Origin: Selaginella moellendorffii
Taxonomy: Eukaryota; Plantae; Lycopodiophyta
Reading direction: 5' to 3'
Assembly (NCBI RefSeq): GCF_000143415.4
Contig: NW_003314273.1
Location: 2,542,719-2,606,718 of the forward strand
DNA length: 64,000 nucleotides
The first letter of the stretch is position 1; each line of letters begins with the position of its first letter. Below the pieces are notes generated by a model that was not told the DNA's origin, did no database searches, and worked only from the letters and a program-made list of their open reading frames with translations. Position numbers and translations under genes: made by a program. Shown here piece after piece: positions 1 to 12,530 of this stretch.

Positions 1-250
1 AAACTGGTTGATAAATCATCTGCTCTTTCATAGTACCTCAGAAACGTTTAGAACCATCGCGATGGAGCCCGAGGTTCCAAGAGATCTGCATCTTTTCATC
101 CACCACCGAGTGCTTCTTGAACGATCCAGAGCGAGACGCGGTTTGGTGTCAAGGGCGAGACGATCAAGTGCGAGATCAACTCATCTAGAACCCGTCCTCC
201 TAACTCCTAAATCCGCCTCGAGCAGCGAGAATCTCGTCCAAAATGCCATG
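1..250 (+). repeat. Inverted copy of the P450 3' flank
   Basis: 1-250 is the reverse complement of ~28381-28632 (and of ~18483-18732); from ~255 the sequence switches to a direct copy of the P450 upstream flank (~30615 onward). Confidence 0.9.
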
Positions 251-1567
251 CTTATCAAATTCAAAGTAGAGTTTAAACTGTTTATAATACTGTTTTGATA
301 TGGATACATATATTTTTCGAGCCATTGGATTGAAACAGCATAGTTTAGAATATAGCCATCAATCGGCATTATGGAATAGACAGGACTGCCATAGTGGATC
401 ACATTCTAGTTTGGGCTTGCATTGCTTCACCAGCCACTGCACAATAGAAACTACCCCTGCAAAATCAGTGATCCACTCTGAATTGAAAGGAGATGGAAAA
501 CATATATCTTAGATGTACCACCACCGCTAACACTGAATTTACCAACAGGAATCAACGTCCATCAATGACTTGTGATATGCATTACATATTTGCTCTAATA
601 TATTAATTATAACATTTTGTACTTAGTGAAGGATATTAGTATTAGCCACAACCACACCATCAACATCCACTATAATATAGTTTGATGGAATACAAAATAA
701 TTTAATATTAAAAACAAAGTACCATATGCAAAGTTGTCTAAATTTTTTAATTAATTATTTTACACATAAATATTAAATATAATAATGCAATGTTGCATTA
801 ATATAAAAGATTAACTAATGTTAAATATAATTAAATATTTTCGGTCACTTAGTAATTAAATCACTTCAACATTTTGGATAAGTTTATTTTAAGTTTTCCA
901 ATATTGTAAATGTAGTTACAAAATTAATTATGTCAAAAGTAAAGATGTTTATAATATTGCAACCTGAAAGTGTAAATCTTGACCTTTTTCTATGTAAAAA
1001 AGTCTTTGCAACCATATCCACTGTAGTATTTGAATATATAGATTCTTCATAAGTTGTGAATAAATCTTTGCTCAAAATCAATCAAGCTAACTTTTATGTG
1101 TGGAAACAGTTCATACAAACCAAGTATAATATCATTGCTATGTCTTCACTGAAGTATTGGGCCAAAAGTTTAAACATAAGGGTAATAAAAGTCCAAGAAT
1201 CAAGCATTATATCTTTTTGTTGCATTCGTATGTAATTTATGGGGTTATAGGCCTACTTATCCAAAAAAAATTATTTCTTTTTAATGTATTCTTTTACATT
1301 ATAACCTAATCTAAGTACATTCTAACCGTTAGGTCATAAAATATGCTAAAATATACCTAGAAGTGTTTCAACTGTACATTTAGAATATACCTGAATATTC
1401 TAGCATACTATTTATAACCCTGCCAGTGATCAGAATTCTTCTCATCCCTTCATCGTTTTTTCTTTCCTCAGTGCCGATCAGGGTAGGTGAGTGAGTGAGA
1501 GACTTAGACAAGATCTTAGTAGCATCACATCAAGAAGAAAGAGGAAGAAGAAGAAGAAGAAGAAGAC

Positions 1568-1680
1568 ATGGCTTCTCCAAGGCGATGCTCCATCCTCTTT
1601 AAATGAAGGCGTTTGCTGCCAGAGATCGATCTACTCACTCACACTGGAGGAGCTCCAGAATTCAATGCAGGACGAGTTCA
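1568..1680 (+). pseudogene. Group-A bZIP (ABI5/AREB-like) N-terminal fragment in leader of F-box copy 1
   Basis: Translates CQRSIYSLTLEELQNSMQDEF, matching the conserved C1 region RQxSIYSLTLDE..GSMNMDEF; no bZIP domain follows. Confidence 0.75.
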
Positions 1681-1729
1681 CTCCTTATGGTTACCTTTTA
1701 AGAATAGGTTAAGATCACTAGGGTTGCAA

Positions 1730-3238
1730 ATGAATCAAGAGATTGAGGAGGAAGTGTTGCAGCAGCTGCCGCTGTGCGATGTCTGGCGGATGAGAGCAGT
1801 GTGCAAACAGTGGCGGGAATTGATCGACTCCCCAGGGTTTGGCAAGCATTCCAGCAGCTGTTCCGGAAGAAATGCACAATACAGCACCCCTCACTCTTAC
1901 ATGGTTGCCCCTTTGCCACGCTCACTCCTTGCTTCCTCCGTGGCACGCTTAGTCACGCCCAGCTCTGCACCCTAAATGTTTAACGTTAAACTTTAATTAG
2001 TAGATGCTGTTAACGGATATGTTAAGGACTATAATTTTATAATTAGCCAGTGAATGAACGGCTATAATTTATAAGTATATAACCTACGATTGGTTTAGGT
2101 TTTTCCTCATTGTGTTTTATGTTTGTGCTCCTTATATTTTCTTTCTTATTTTATTCATTCTCTTTAGTATTGGAATATTCTTTTAGGTTTTGTATTACTG
2201 TTGGTCTTCTTCCACAAGAGAGAGAAAGGAAGCTACATTTAATATTCTATGCAGTCATATTAAGCTATACAATCAAGATAATGCTGTTATAGTAGAATAA
2301 ATAATATATTTGATTTTGTACTTTTAAATACTTAAAAATAGTTGAAAATAATATACAGTAAGTGCATGTAAGCAATGAGGTAGCATGCAAATCCAAATAA
2401 GCAAACAGGGCCCACCCTAAATAAGGGGGGGTGCTGTATTATGCATTCTACCCCAACTGGATAGAGATGGAAGTGTGCCCATAGGGGGGGTTTCTTATAG
2501 GAAGTGCTGGTGGATTGCTCTGCTTTGTGAAAGGGAACCAGGTCCTAGTAGGCAATCCACTCACTGGATGCTTTAGAGTGTTCAGGGCTAAAAGGCTGAT
2601 TTCATCCTCTTACATGGGCATTAGTCAAGACTTCAAGGAATACACAGTCTGCTTTGTAAGAAGTGGTTCTTGTGAAGAAAAAAAAGTTGAGATCAGAGGT
2701 AAGGCGAGAAGTGTCTACACAATGTTTACAACAGCTCATGTATACAACTCGAAACTTGGATGTTGGAGGGCTGCTAGCACACCATTGGGATGGTGTCAGT
2801 TGGAGAATGGTGGGCAACACTTTGTATTTGCTTTGTGGTCACTACAAGAAGTTGAATGATCCAGAGTATGTTGGTCTGTTCACTTTGGATTTGGAAGGGT
2901 TGAGGTTTGAATTAAAGCAGACTTGGCCATGGGATGAGCGGCTACACAGGAATCATGGTGTATTTGTTTCCTGCCATGGTCGGACAGGTTGCACTCAATT
3001 CAAAAACAGCATGCAGCTATGGTATATGCAAGGAGAAACAGGTGGTGGTGTTGAAGGTGAAAATCTGGCTAAAGGTGTTAGTAAAGAATGCAATGCTATT
3101 TGTTTGAATGGAGCTGTTTTATTTGTGGAGGAGAAGTCTTTGAATTTATCTACTACAGATGCAATTGCTTTCCCATTTCAGATAAATTCCGATCTAGCAA
3201 ATTTGGTAAAATTTACACCTTCACTTTTATTACCATAA
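1730..3238 (+). pseudogene. F-box protein pseudogene (copy 1)
   Basis: F-box motif EEVLQQLPLCDVWRMRAVCKQW. Relative to intact copy 4 it has a TIR element at 1865-2453, CAG>TAG at ~2482, and frameshifting deletions. Confidence 0.88.
1865..2453. mobile_element. Non-autonomous TIR element (MULE/MITE-like), ~590 bp
   Basis: Left end GGAAGAAATGCACAATACAGCACCCC versus reverse complement of right end GGTAGAATGCATAATACAGCACCCC; AT-rich non-coding interior; absent from the other F-box copies. Confidence 0.75.
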
Positions 3239-3756
3239 CTTGTGTTGTGTTTCTTTTTATAATATAAATTACTTAGTCTTGTCTATCTAAGCTAGATATT
3301 TTCTTTTATTGGGCAATTTCACGAGCGCTGGGCCAAGCGCCTGATACGAATGCATGAGGCATGTGCATCTCTCTCTTTGTTTCTCTCACTCCTTCTAGGG
3401 TTTCCTCCCTAGTGCTCTTGATGCATGCTCTGGAGCTCCGTGCTGCTTGTGATCAATAGCTCATTCATGTGATCTGTTTATCCTCCTCCTTTCTTCTCTT
3501 TCTCCCCATCTTTTTCTGCAAAAGTTGGAGACTTGATCAAGAGAGAAGCATGCACCTGGAAATGGTTATATCACTATATAAAATATAAAAAATTGGAGGA
3601 ATATAATCATGTTGTGAGTGCTAGGAATATGGAAAGGGAATACAGAAAATGTGCATATCAATTAGCTCAAAAACCATAGCTTATATACAGGAGTGAGTGG
3701 TCCGGATTGAAATCAATCCGACGGGAGCGGGTGTTGCGGGGACCTCGGGTGCCCCG

Positions 3757-3827
3757 CTCGCTCTGAGGATCCCGATGAAGGCCACATCGTCGACGGGAAT
3801 TCCTCCCAGGTTCATCAGGTGGTAGAG
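3757..3827 (-). pseudogene. PPR-repeat fragment
   Basis: LYHLMNLGGIPVDDVAFIGILRA fits the PPR consensus (LF..M..EG..PD.VTF..IL.A); lies in a GC-rich patch (~3690-3827) missing from the other units. Confidence 0.5.
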
Positions 3828-3829
3828 TT

Positions 3830-4776
3830 TACATTTCAACACATTGCACCTGTGAGTCAAGGACACCTAAGATGATCTCTATTTCCACACCTTGTCTATT
3901 CACTATGGTGACTTGGCTCAATCAGATATAAGCACCCCTATCCAGAAGATCCAAGGCCCATGCCTCCTTGCCAACCATGTTGCTAAAAGAGTTGATAACC
4001 AATATTATCGCTCTTGAACTGTCTTATCCATAGATGTGAGCCAACAATCCACTCCTCATTCTCATTGACACAAATATGATCATCCATGAAGTCATGTGGT
4101 CTTGAGAAGTGAACGAGATTCACTAAATCTGCTGGAGCTTTTCCTTTCTGATCTAACTTGGTTTTGGACCAACTATGTATGGCTTGTGCTGAAAAGTTTG
4201 CTGCTGTGGAGGCCAAGGAGTATGTGTGGAAACAATAGCATACTTTCCCCATGCCATATATTCTTGTTTTGCTCTGTAAGGTTCCTTATCATGACCATAA
4301 AGCTGACAAAACTCATATTGGGGTGGATATTAGGTGTTGGCATTTGCATTGTCTAAGTAACCTCATGGTGGTGGAATTTGGTTATAGCCCTACTCCTAAG
4401 CAGCATCAACTGGTCCTTGCCCCCAACCAAAGTATCCTTGGCCTTGGCCATGGCCAGCCTATTGTTACTCAATGAAGTTGTCTCTATTTCTATCCAATTT
4501 AACCTCTCAGTCATCTACTACTGACTTTCCTTGAAAGTGCCATCAGAGAGCATTTAAGTTTAGGAATGAGTAGATCTCTACCAATACACTGTATGGCAGT
4601 CCTCCTCATGCACTGCTGTTCTCTGCTAAAGCAACCTCTTGTGTTCTTGAGTGATAGCATATTGTATAAATTTGTCCAGCTTCTTTAAGCACTTCCCACA
4701 AACTTTGTGAGCAAAAATACATATATACAATTCATATACACCTTTACCACCTGAGCTTCATTGCATTAAATGTTCA
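3830..4776 (-). mobile_element. Degenerate retroelement-like remnant (zinc knuckle + G-patch), unit 0
   Basis: YEFCQLYGHDKEPY (~4275-4318) is a decayed CX2CX4HX4C; SDNIGYQLF*QHGWQGGMGLGSSG*G (~3937-4014) is a G-patch; many stops. Confidence 0.55.
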
Positions 4777-5071
4777 CTAGTATTGCCCAGAAAATGCTGT
4801 ATTGTGCAAAACTTCTGAATATATATAAACATAATGCTAGACAAATGCCAGATGAGCACAAAAATCAATAATTTTATATAATGTTTTTTGCTCTTTTGAT
4901 ATATATACACAATATAACATAGACAATGCTCTTGGGAATATGAATATATTAAAACACTAAGATTTTTAGAAAAGTAACACTTAACTCAGAAAAAAGTAAA
5001 ATATGAATTGCTAAGAATAAATACTTTTATAGATATTAGATGCAAAGTATAAGTCAAGAATCTATAAAATT

Positions 5072-5151
<80 letters not shown>

Positions 5152-5722
5152 ATTTCTCTACTTGGAATATGAATAAATATATAACACTAAGATTTAAGAA
5201 CATTAATATTGCTCAGAGCCAGAAAATTCTAAAAGTAAAGGATATTAGCTTAATATTAAGTTAAGTAAACAATAAGATTTTAAGAACACTAGAACTATGT
5301 ATTAGATACAAACTATAAATTCAAAAGCTGATATTCCACAGTATTATTATATGCTAGTAAACTATATTTGTAGTTAGGCAAAAGATTTTAAAGTGTTAGT
5401 GCTTAATCAATAGTTTTTAAGGCAATTTTTTGTCTGTACTGATCAAGAAATTACAGCTGTTCCATAAGCATGAGACTTCAACTAAACAGTTTTTCTTCTT
5501 TATTTTTAATCACATTTCAAACATGGAGCCCAAGTGATGACAATCTGAATGCAAAAAAATTAAACACCTGAAATCATGTAGAATTGGTGAGGTATCAACC
5601 AAACATAATGTATGATAGACCTTAGTTATATGTCATTAGCAAGTCTGAATTAAAACAAATTATTAATCAGAGCTTGTTTAACAATATTCTTGGCCAAATG
5701 GTTTTGCCACCTGAGTGACATC
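4777..5722 (-). mobile_element. Non-autonomous Helitron, 3' portion, minus strand
   Basis: Minus strand ends CAGCATTTTCTGGGCAATACTAG|T, similar to the termini at 12788 and 51864. Inserted at the A^T of GTTCA|TG seen intact in the other units. Interior is a reverse-complement homolog of ~52755-53800. Confidence 0.65.
5077..5146. repeat. (TA)n microsatellite
   Basis: Uninterrupted TA run. Confidence 0.97.
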
Positions 5723-5811
5723 TTGGCAATATACCAACCTATATTCATCGTTTTCTATCATGCAAGGGATTTACTTCTTTTATATTGTGTATTCCAAGTG
5801 AAAACCTTTCT

Positions 5812-6710
5812 TCAAAAAAGCAGGACTTGTGCAATCTGATCGACCATCTCAGTGTAAGTTAAGATTGTATTTTTAAAATTTTCTACTTTCCTACTGTCAC
5901 CTTTTTTTTGTAGATTGACACAGAAAACCCATGTGTGATTATGTCTCAAGACATGAGTCGAGATTTTCTGAGTGCTGGTAGTGAGAAAGAGAAATTCAAG
6001 GTAACAATAGCTTTCGTTTCCAAGCTGAAGGTGGTTTGACATATGCTTATGCTGTAGTTTTACTTCAAGGCAACACTTTTGGAGAAAGTTTCGAAATTGC
6101 TGGATATGAACATGAAGACTATTCAAGTGTGTTGTGATTGCCTTCAAAAGGATAGGAAATCTTTTGAAGTGCTCGAACAGGATCTGGTGAAGATAGAAGA
6201 GAAACTTCTCCATGCGGAACAAGTGGATGAACTTGCCAAAGAAGTTCACACCTTGCGAAAGAGATTGGCTTGGGCTGTAGTTTATGAGACAGACAAGAAA
6301 CTCGAAGACATCCAAGCGTTTGTAAGAGAACTCAAGCAGCTTATACTTTTAGTTGAAGAGGACACCGAGATGCAAACAGTGAGCCGTTTGGTCTTTTATT
6401 TGTTGGATGTCTGAGGTTTTTACGTTGCAGCAATTACTTGCAGAGACATGGCTTTCCCATTTCCACCTAGAAGAAAACATCTCTGATCTTGTAGCAAGGA
6501 AAGACAAAGCTGAGGAGACATGTACAAAACTCATGGAAGAGCTAGTTGAGGTGAAGTCCTCAAATTTTAGTTCAACGTATTTGATGTTGTAGTACAGATT
6601 TCAGTTGAGGAAGCACAGCTAAAAGGGGGTGTTGAGAACAAGGAAAGTGTCTTGCATGCAAAATGAATTAGAAAGCAGTCTTTGGAGCAGCATGTCTAGG
6701 AGATGGAAAA
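5812..6710 (+). pseudogene. SMC6: SMC6 internal gene fragment with introns
   Basis: Exons ~5812-5852 (KKQDLCNLIDHLS), 5914-6000 (IDTENPCVIMSQDMSRDFL..EKFK), 6058-6378 (FYFKATLL..RKRLAWAVVY), 6431-6550; GT-AG introns; later stops; cut by the LTR at 6711; no N-terminal Walker A region. Confidence 0.85.
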
Positions 6711-7575
6711 TGTCGTGAATGTGACTTTGGGTATCGAAAGTTACTTGTCAATTGTCTTTTCAGATATTCTTTCTTTACTGCCATGACGGCAGGAGGTCAG
6801 TATTGTTGGTTCCCTTTATTAGCCCCTCTTATTCAAGTGTTAATAAACTGGGCTTAGCACTTGTATTTAGTCAGATGGATATAAGGTAGGAACTCTTATG
6901 TATTTCTAGCTAAGCATACTTGGCCTGGCTCTTAATTCTCTTTTGCTCTGTCTTGCATTGGCTTGACAAAAACCCTCATGTATTAAGACTAATCCCTCAA
7001 TATTGTTAGATAATAGCTTACCATGTCTGCCAAATACCCTCGTTATCATGCCCTTTGTGTTAGTCTCATTTCAGTCTTAAATACTATTTATAGAAAGTGT
7101 CTAGGTTTACTCATTTAGCATATCTACGGAATATATAGATTGTCCTGAACATAATGGTATTTGTCCTGTGTCCAAATTCACAATCTAGGGACGTCCAACT
7201 TGGGTTTAAGCCCAAGTTCCATTCCATGCTAGCTAATGAAGTACCCATATCCTTGTGTTAAGCCATCGATATGCTGAAATAGTGCTAGACTCCATATGGC
7301 TCTGTTTTGCGTGCTAGTCCTAGCATTATGATGTTGGATACTCTAGGACTATTCCAAGTCACTCCGTATTTCGGTCCCTTCGCTCCTTGGTTCTATGCTT
7401 AGAAGTTTGGCTCTATACCTTTGTTCAATGGTCTAAGGCCTTGAAACTCAGACTTCGTATTACTGTCCTTTAGACACGTGGCATGTGATATGTATATGGA
7501 GGGTTTAGATTCCACTTCATGGTTATCCTATAGTAAATCACTATAGAATAAAGGGTAAAAACCATGCGTGCTACA
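6711..7575 (+). repeat. 5' LTR of LARD copy 1
   Basis: TGTCGTGAATGTGA...GTGCTACA followed by PBS; internally deleted relative to 59666-60808. Confidence 0.85.
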
Positions 7576-10500
7576 TTTGGTATCAAATGATATATCTCAA
7601 CAAGTATTATCCAATGAGTTGGGCAACTAATCTCGTTGCATATGTAGAGATGAAAACGATAATCCAAGTGGGTACACGTTTGGGTGCAAAGGCTTCACAT
7701 TCATTCCTTGGGTATGGATTCTGGTTACTTTTTTGTACCATAATAATGTGAGCTTGCTCTTAGGCTCATAAAAGGGATTGAGTTATTCCATTTGCACAAG
7801 TTTGCACTTGGGCTCATGAGTGAGGCACATTAGCAACTCGAGGTTACACTTTAAGTTGGTAGGATTAATGTTAGCATATTGGTGGTTCCATGAGTTGTTC
7901 CATGTACCGTGGGTGGAAGTAAACTTTCCCTGAGTTTGCTATGAGTGGCAAATAGGCTAGTCCATAACTGTTTAGCATGGCAGTAGTGGATCCTTCCTAG
8001 GTATAATTACAAGTGGATCAATCAAGAGTGTAGGGATGAGTCTATTGATTCAAATAATCATTACTGTGCTCTTTCATAAACTTTTTTTGGATTGGACTGA
8101 AAGTAGTGCAAAAACAAGCTTGAGGTTTGATCAAGGTAGAGACCGAAAAGAGAGTCATCAAGGATGAAGGATCAAACATGTAAATCATTTTTTCTTCTTG
8201 GAGAGATGATTTGCAATGAAGTATGACTTATTGTTTGTGTTCACATTATGCAATTGAGAGACCCTATCTTGATGCATATTGGTTATGATGGTCTTTGAAA
8301 TAGTGAGTTATAGGATGGATAGTGATGAAGCGCTATACCATTTTGTTTAGGCTTGTTATTGAAGACTTGAGTCATAATGCTTAATTCTTTTCTAGAGAAC
8401 TTTACTATTACTCCTTGAGTAGCTTGGTGTTGGATTAATTTTGAGTTTGGTCGAAAAGAAAGTGACATGAGCTTGTCCGTGTTGTAAACAAAAGTTAGCG
8501 GTGTTAAGTGTTGTAAATCTTTATCGATAGAGTGTGGCATCTATGTTGTATTTTGTCGAATCGAGTTGGCACTTGATAGTCACATAAAGCTTTGAAGTAA
8601 TGATTTGGGTGTTGCTCATGGTGTTGCTCAATTGATGATCAAAACATTGTGATTTTTATATCATATCTATATAATAATGAGCAATGTGTTTACGAAGTTG
8701 CTTAGGTAAATGATGGTCAACCCCAAAGTGGTTAATGCTGAAACTAGTCTATTTATATATAGTAACTAGCATGGTAGTAGCTTTGACTAAATTCTTGATG
8801 GTGGTCCATTATGCTAAGCTTAAGTTAGTTCTTTAGTTCCTTGAATTTGCCCATAAAATGTTGGAAAGGGTTATAGCATTCCTTTGTTATGGCTTATTGG
8901 TTTATCTATTAGCATTTAGAGTAGATTATTGGATGGAAAAGGTGTGTAGTTGAAGCGTTGACATCACTAACACTTGTGTTAATAGAAGTGGCATTGTTAT
9001 TTCGAGTGATGAGGAATTTTCTTTAGAACTTGATTTTCCATGTCAATTTTTTTATTAGTGTTTTGGCTTTACATTAGATCTTAAAGGTGGTTGAAGAAAG
9101 GTGTTAATACAATATAGATATCTGAAGATGTGGTCCTTGTGATCAAGCCTTGGATGTTCATTTTGAATTCTGCGGATATCAATGTTGGATGTTGGCAAAA
9201 TGGGTAAGATGTTCGATGCTTAAACATATTGTTGGGTCATGAGAATTAGTGTTGAGGTGAATCTATTTTAAGTTGTTGGTAGGAGGAAGTTAGTTGAGTT
9301 TTGAAAGTTTCATTCTTTTTCTAGGATAGAAATTTTCCACAAATTTTCTTAAGCTTTTCTAATGACTAATTTGTTGATCACTTTGCTTGAAAACCATTTC
9401 ATTTTTTGTAAGTCAATACAAACTAGTGAAAGGGTTGGAGTTGACTTTGGTTAGCCTAAACCTTCGTAAGTAATTTGTATGATGCACCCGAAAGGGATGT
9501 TGATTTTTGAGGCTAAGGCAATTGAGTTGGATAGAGTCTGGAGTTGGTGTGGAAAAATGGCTGTTGTGCTTTCTAGAAAGGTGACCCTTGTGCCTTTCTT
9601 TTAGCATTGTGTTTGGTGGTAGGTTGCACCTTGCATTTTATTAAACTTTATAAGAGTAGTGAGCTCTCACTAATTTTGATTTAGTCTTGATAGCTTTGCG
9701 CCTTGGCTGAGTATGATGATGTCCAGCTTAGTTGTTTAAAGTTGAGATGTTGATACCCATACTATAGCTTTGTCTATAAAGAGGTTGTGTACTAATATGA
9801 GTCTATCTCATGGTTTTCACTTTAGTTTCGAATAAGTGTTGATCATGCATAACTAGCCTCTTCAAAGCATGCTCAGAGCTACTGACTAAATGCATTAGTG
9901 AGTTTTTTACAGTTGAGTTAGATTCGAGTGGTTATTTAGTTATACTTGTCCATGAACCTTTATCTTATACCTGGGGTATTATGTTCATATTGGTCAAGTA
10001 TATGACTTGATGGCATGAGTTTAATGTTTAGGTCTTGTGAAGGCAAGTTAAAGAGTGATTGTTAATTGCTTTACAACTAGTGGTTGCTTATAGACTTTGT
10101 CGAGGATTGTGACACTTGCTTATTTAGCAGTGATAAATTTGCTTTACTAGATGGTGTTACGAAGGATCATGTTATTAAACTAATATGGGTTTTCCATGTT
10201 GGCATGTTAACTCTACTTTTGTCAATATCATTTAGTTACGTTTAGTCTATGGTGTTAGATTTCATTAAGTCTTGGATGTGGTGAATCACTCCTTGATAAT
10301 GTGTTATTTGTAATTGAGTATTGTTGGAGGATTGGTCTTGGATACTGAATAAGGTATCTTTGACTTTGGTTAGCTTAATTGTTAGAGAGTTTTGGGTGGT
10401 GATTCACTCTTGCTTTCTCCTAGCTTTATTCTAGTGTTGATGGCATTGAACTGATTCCTGGTCGTTAATATTGTTGGTGTTGAGATTCGAGTGAAATGAG

Positions 10501-12517
10501 ATGTCTCTTCATAGGATTGATATTGAGTTTTATTAGTCTTGATGAAGATAGTGCTGATGGTTTGGTTGTATCTTTATGTTATTAGCATTCATGTATTTGC
10601 TAATTAACAACTGTATTGGCATTCAAACAAACTGAGTGGCAAGTTTGAGTTAGTTGTATTCTAGATGAGATTATTTAGTAGGGGTTGAGCTTTAGCTTTT
10701 CCTTGAAAAGTGATTCAATCATGGACTATGTAAGCCTTACGAATGAAAGAATTAGTGATTGATATTAGAATGTTTGAATCCTTATTAGATTTGAGTTAAA
10801 ATATATTAATCATTGATGATTCTTTTTGTGTTTGTTATAAAGTGAGTTATGTCCTACTATAGATGGATTCATGAAGGATCATTTAGTGATCACTTATTGA
10901 GCATAACTTTGTTATGCTTAGTTTTTGGATTGATACAAAAGTGCTCTTCATTAACTTTGCATTATGAAATTTAACTTCTGGATATGCTGATGAGCATATT
11001 ATGGGTGGTACCATGATTTCTTCTTTAACATTACAGTTAATTCATGCAAGACTTGTGATCATTATTATACAAGACTTGGTTATAGGGTTTTTTGAGCTTT
11101 TGGTTCCTTGAGTTTTTATGCTTGTGGTCCATTTGTTGAAAGTTGTTGGGGAAGGCATTCTGGCTTATTAATTTTGATGTTAAAGTTAGCTTTTGCATCT
11201 ACCAATCATTAGTGATGATTGACTATCATGTAGGACAGTTGATTATCCTTGTCAAAGGTTTTGTTTGATTATTATTAATATAAAAGTATTTGCCATTCTT
11301 CAGGATAGTGGATTTCTTTTTCAATGATGATTATGCATCTCTCTTTTGGTAGGATGATTGATGATCTTCTATGATAATTAGTTGTGCTATTTGATGGTTT
11401 TTGGCTTTTCGCATTACCACATATTCTTTATAGTTTGCCTTGGATTGGTCTCTTGGGTTTGAAATATCAGTAAAATGTTGCTAATGTTTGCTTAAGAAAT
11501 TTTGGTTCCTTAGTATTATTAACTAAGATTTATTCAGTTTAGCTAATATGATAGTTGGCATGAATGAGTGTTTGTTAGCCTTACCGCATTCATTCTATTT
11601 TGTTGATTATTATTTGAGTTAGTTTTGATAGATTGGGATGTTATTATCTTTGGGTGATACATTCACGAGCATCTTGCTTACCAGTCAATGATACTTTGTG
11701 TTCTTCTAGTTATCTTATGTAAGTTGTTTAGTATGCTATCTGTAATATTTGATAGTTAAGTTTTATCATTAAGTTTTTTTGATGATACACTAGCTATTGA
11801 ATATTATTGAATGGTTAATCCTATGTTTTCCAACTATAGTAATCTCAGTGGTTTCAATACTCTTATAATGGTTTATTGGATGATAATTTACTTGGAATAC
11901 TTTTTGTGTTCTAATATAAACTTTATTCATTGATAATTTAGTCTCTAAGATATCATTGTCTATGACTTTAATATTGTCCATCTATTGATCTTTAAGTTTA
12001 GGCCAGTATAGGCAAACTGGCTTCGGCACTTCGTATGCATGGTGAAATCTTTAGTCATGGGGTAGCTACTGTCAATTGGTCACATCATTCGTCTTTTTGT
12101 CAATATTCCTTATTCCATTCCAAGGGCATGACTCTAACTGCCTATTTATAGTATTCTATTTAAACTTTACTGACGGGTTTGGCTTATGAGGGTTAGGGCC
12201 TCTGGCTTCTCTTTCTATATCTCTGCAAGCAGGGGCATATCACACTTTCGTAAACTTGGTGACACTCGAAGCAGCAAGGGTGGCTAACTTCGTTGGTCAT
12301 TTCCTTGTCGGCAACGGCCAAAAGGTGTCTGAGTTGGTAGTGCATCCGCATTAGACAAAAATGCTACCTTAACTCATTTAATTTGATGCATTTCTCACAT
12401 AGTATGATCATTGTGAACTTTTTCTGGAATTGTTTCCTTAGCGGTGGTCTACTGAAATATGCATCGACGAAGATGTCGATCTTCCCTAAGGGGGGGAGAG
12501 TGTTGCGAATGTGATTT
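6711..12517 (+). mobile_element. Large non-coding LTR retroelement (LARD-like), copy 1, 3' LTR truncated
   Basis: 5' LTR TGT..ACA 6711-7575, PBS TGGTATCA (tRNA-iMet type) at 7578, ORF-less T/G-rich interior, PPT 12488-12500, then only ~17 bp of the 3' LTR; colinear with 59666-64000. Confidence 0.85.
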
Positions 12518-12530
12518 AATGCGAATGTTA

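Noticed and set aside
5812-6315. 167 aa minus-strand ORF
   Set aside because: Antisense shadow of the SMC6 exons.
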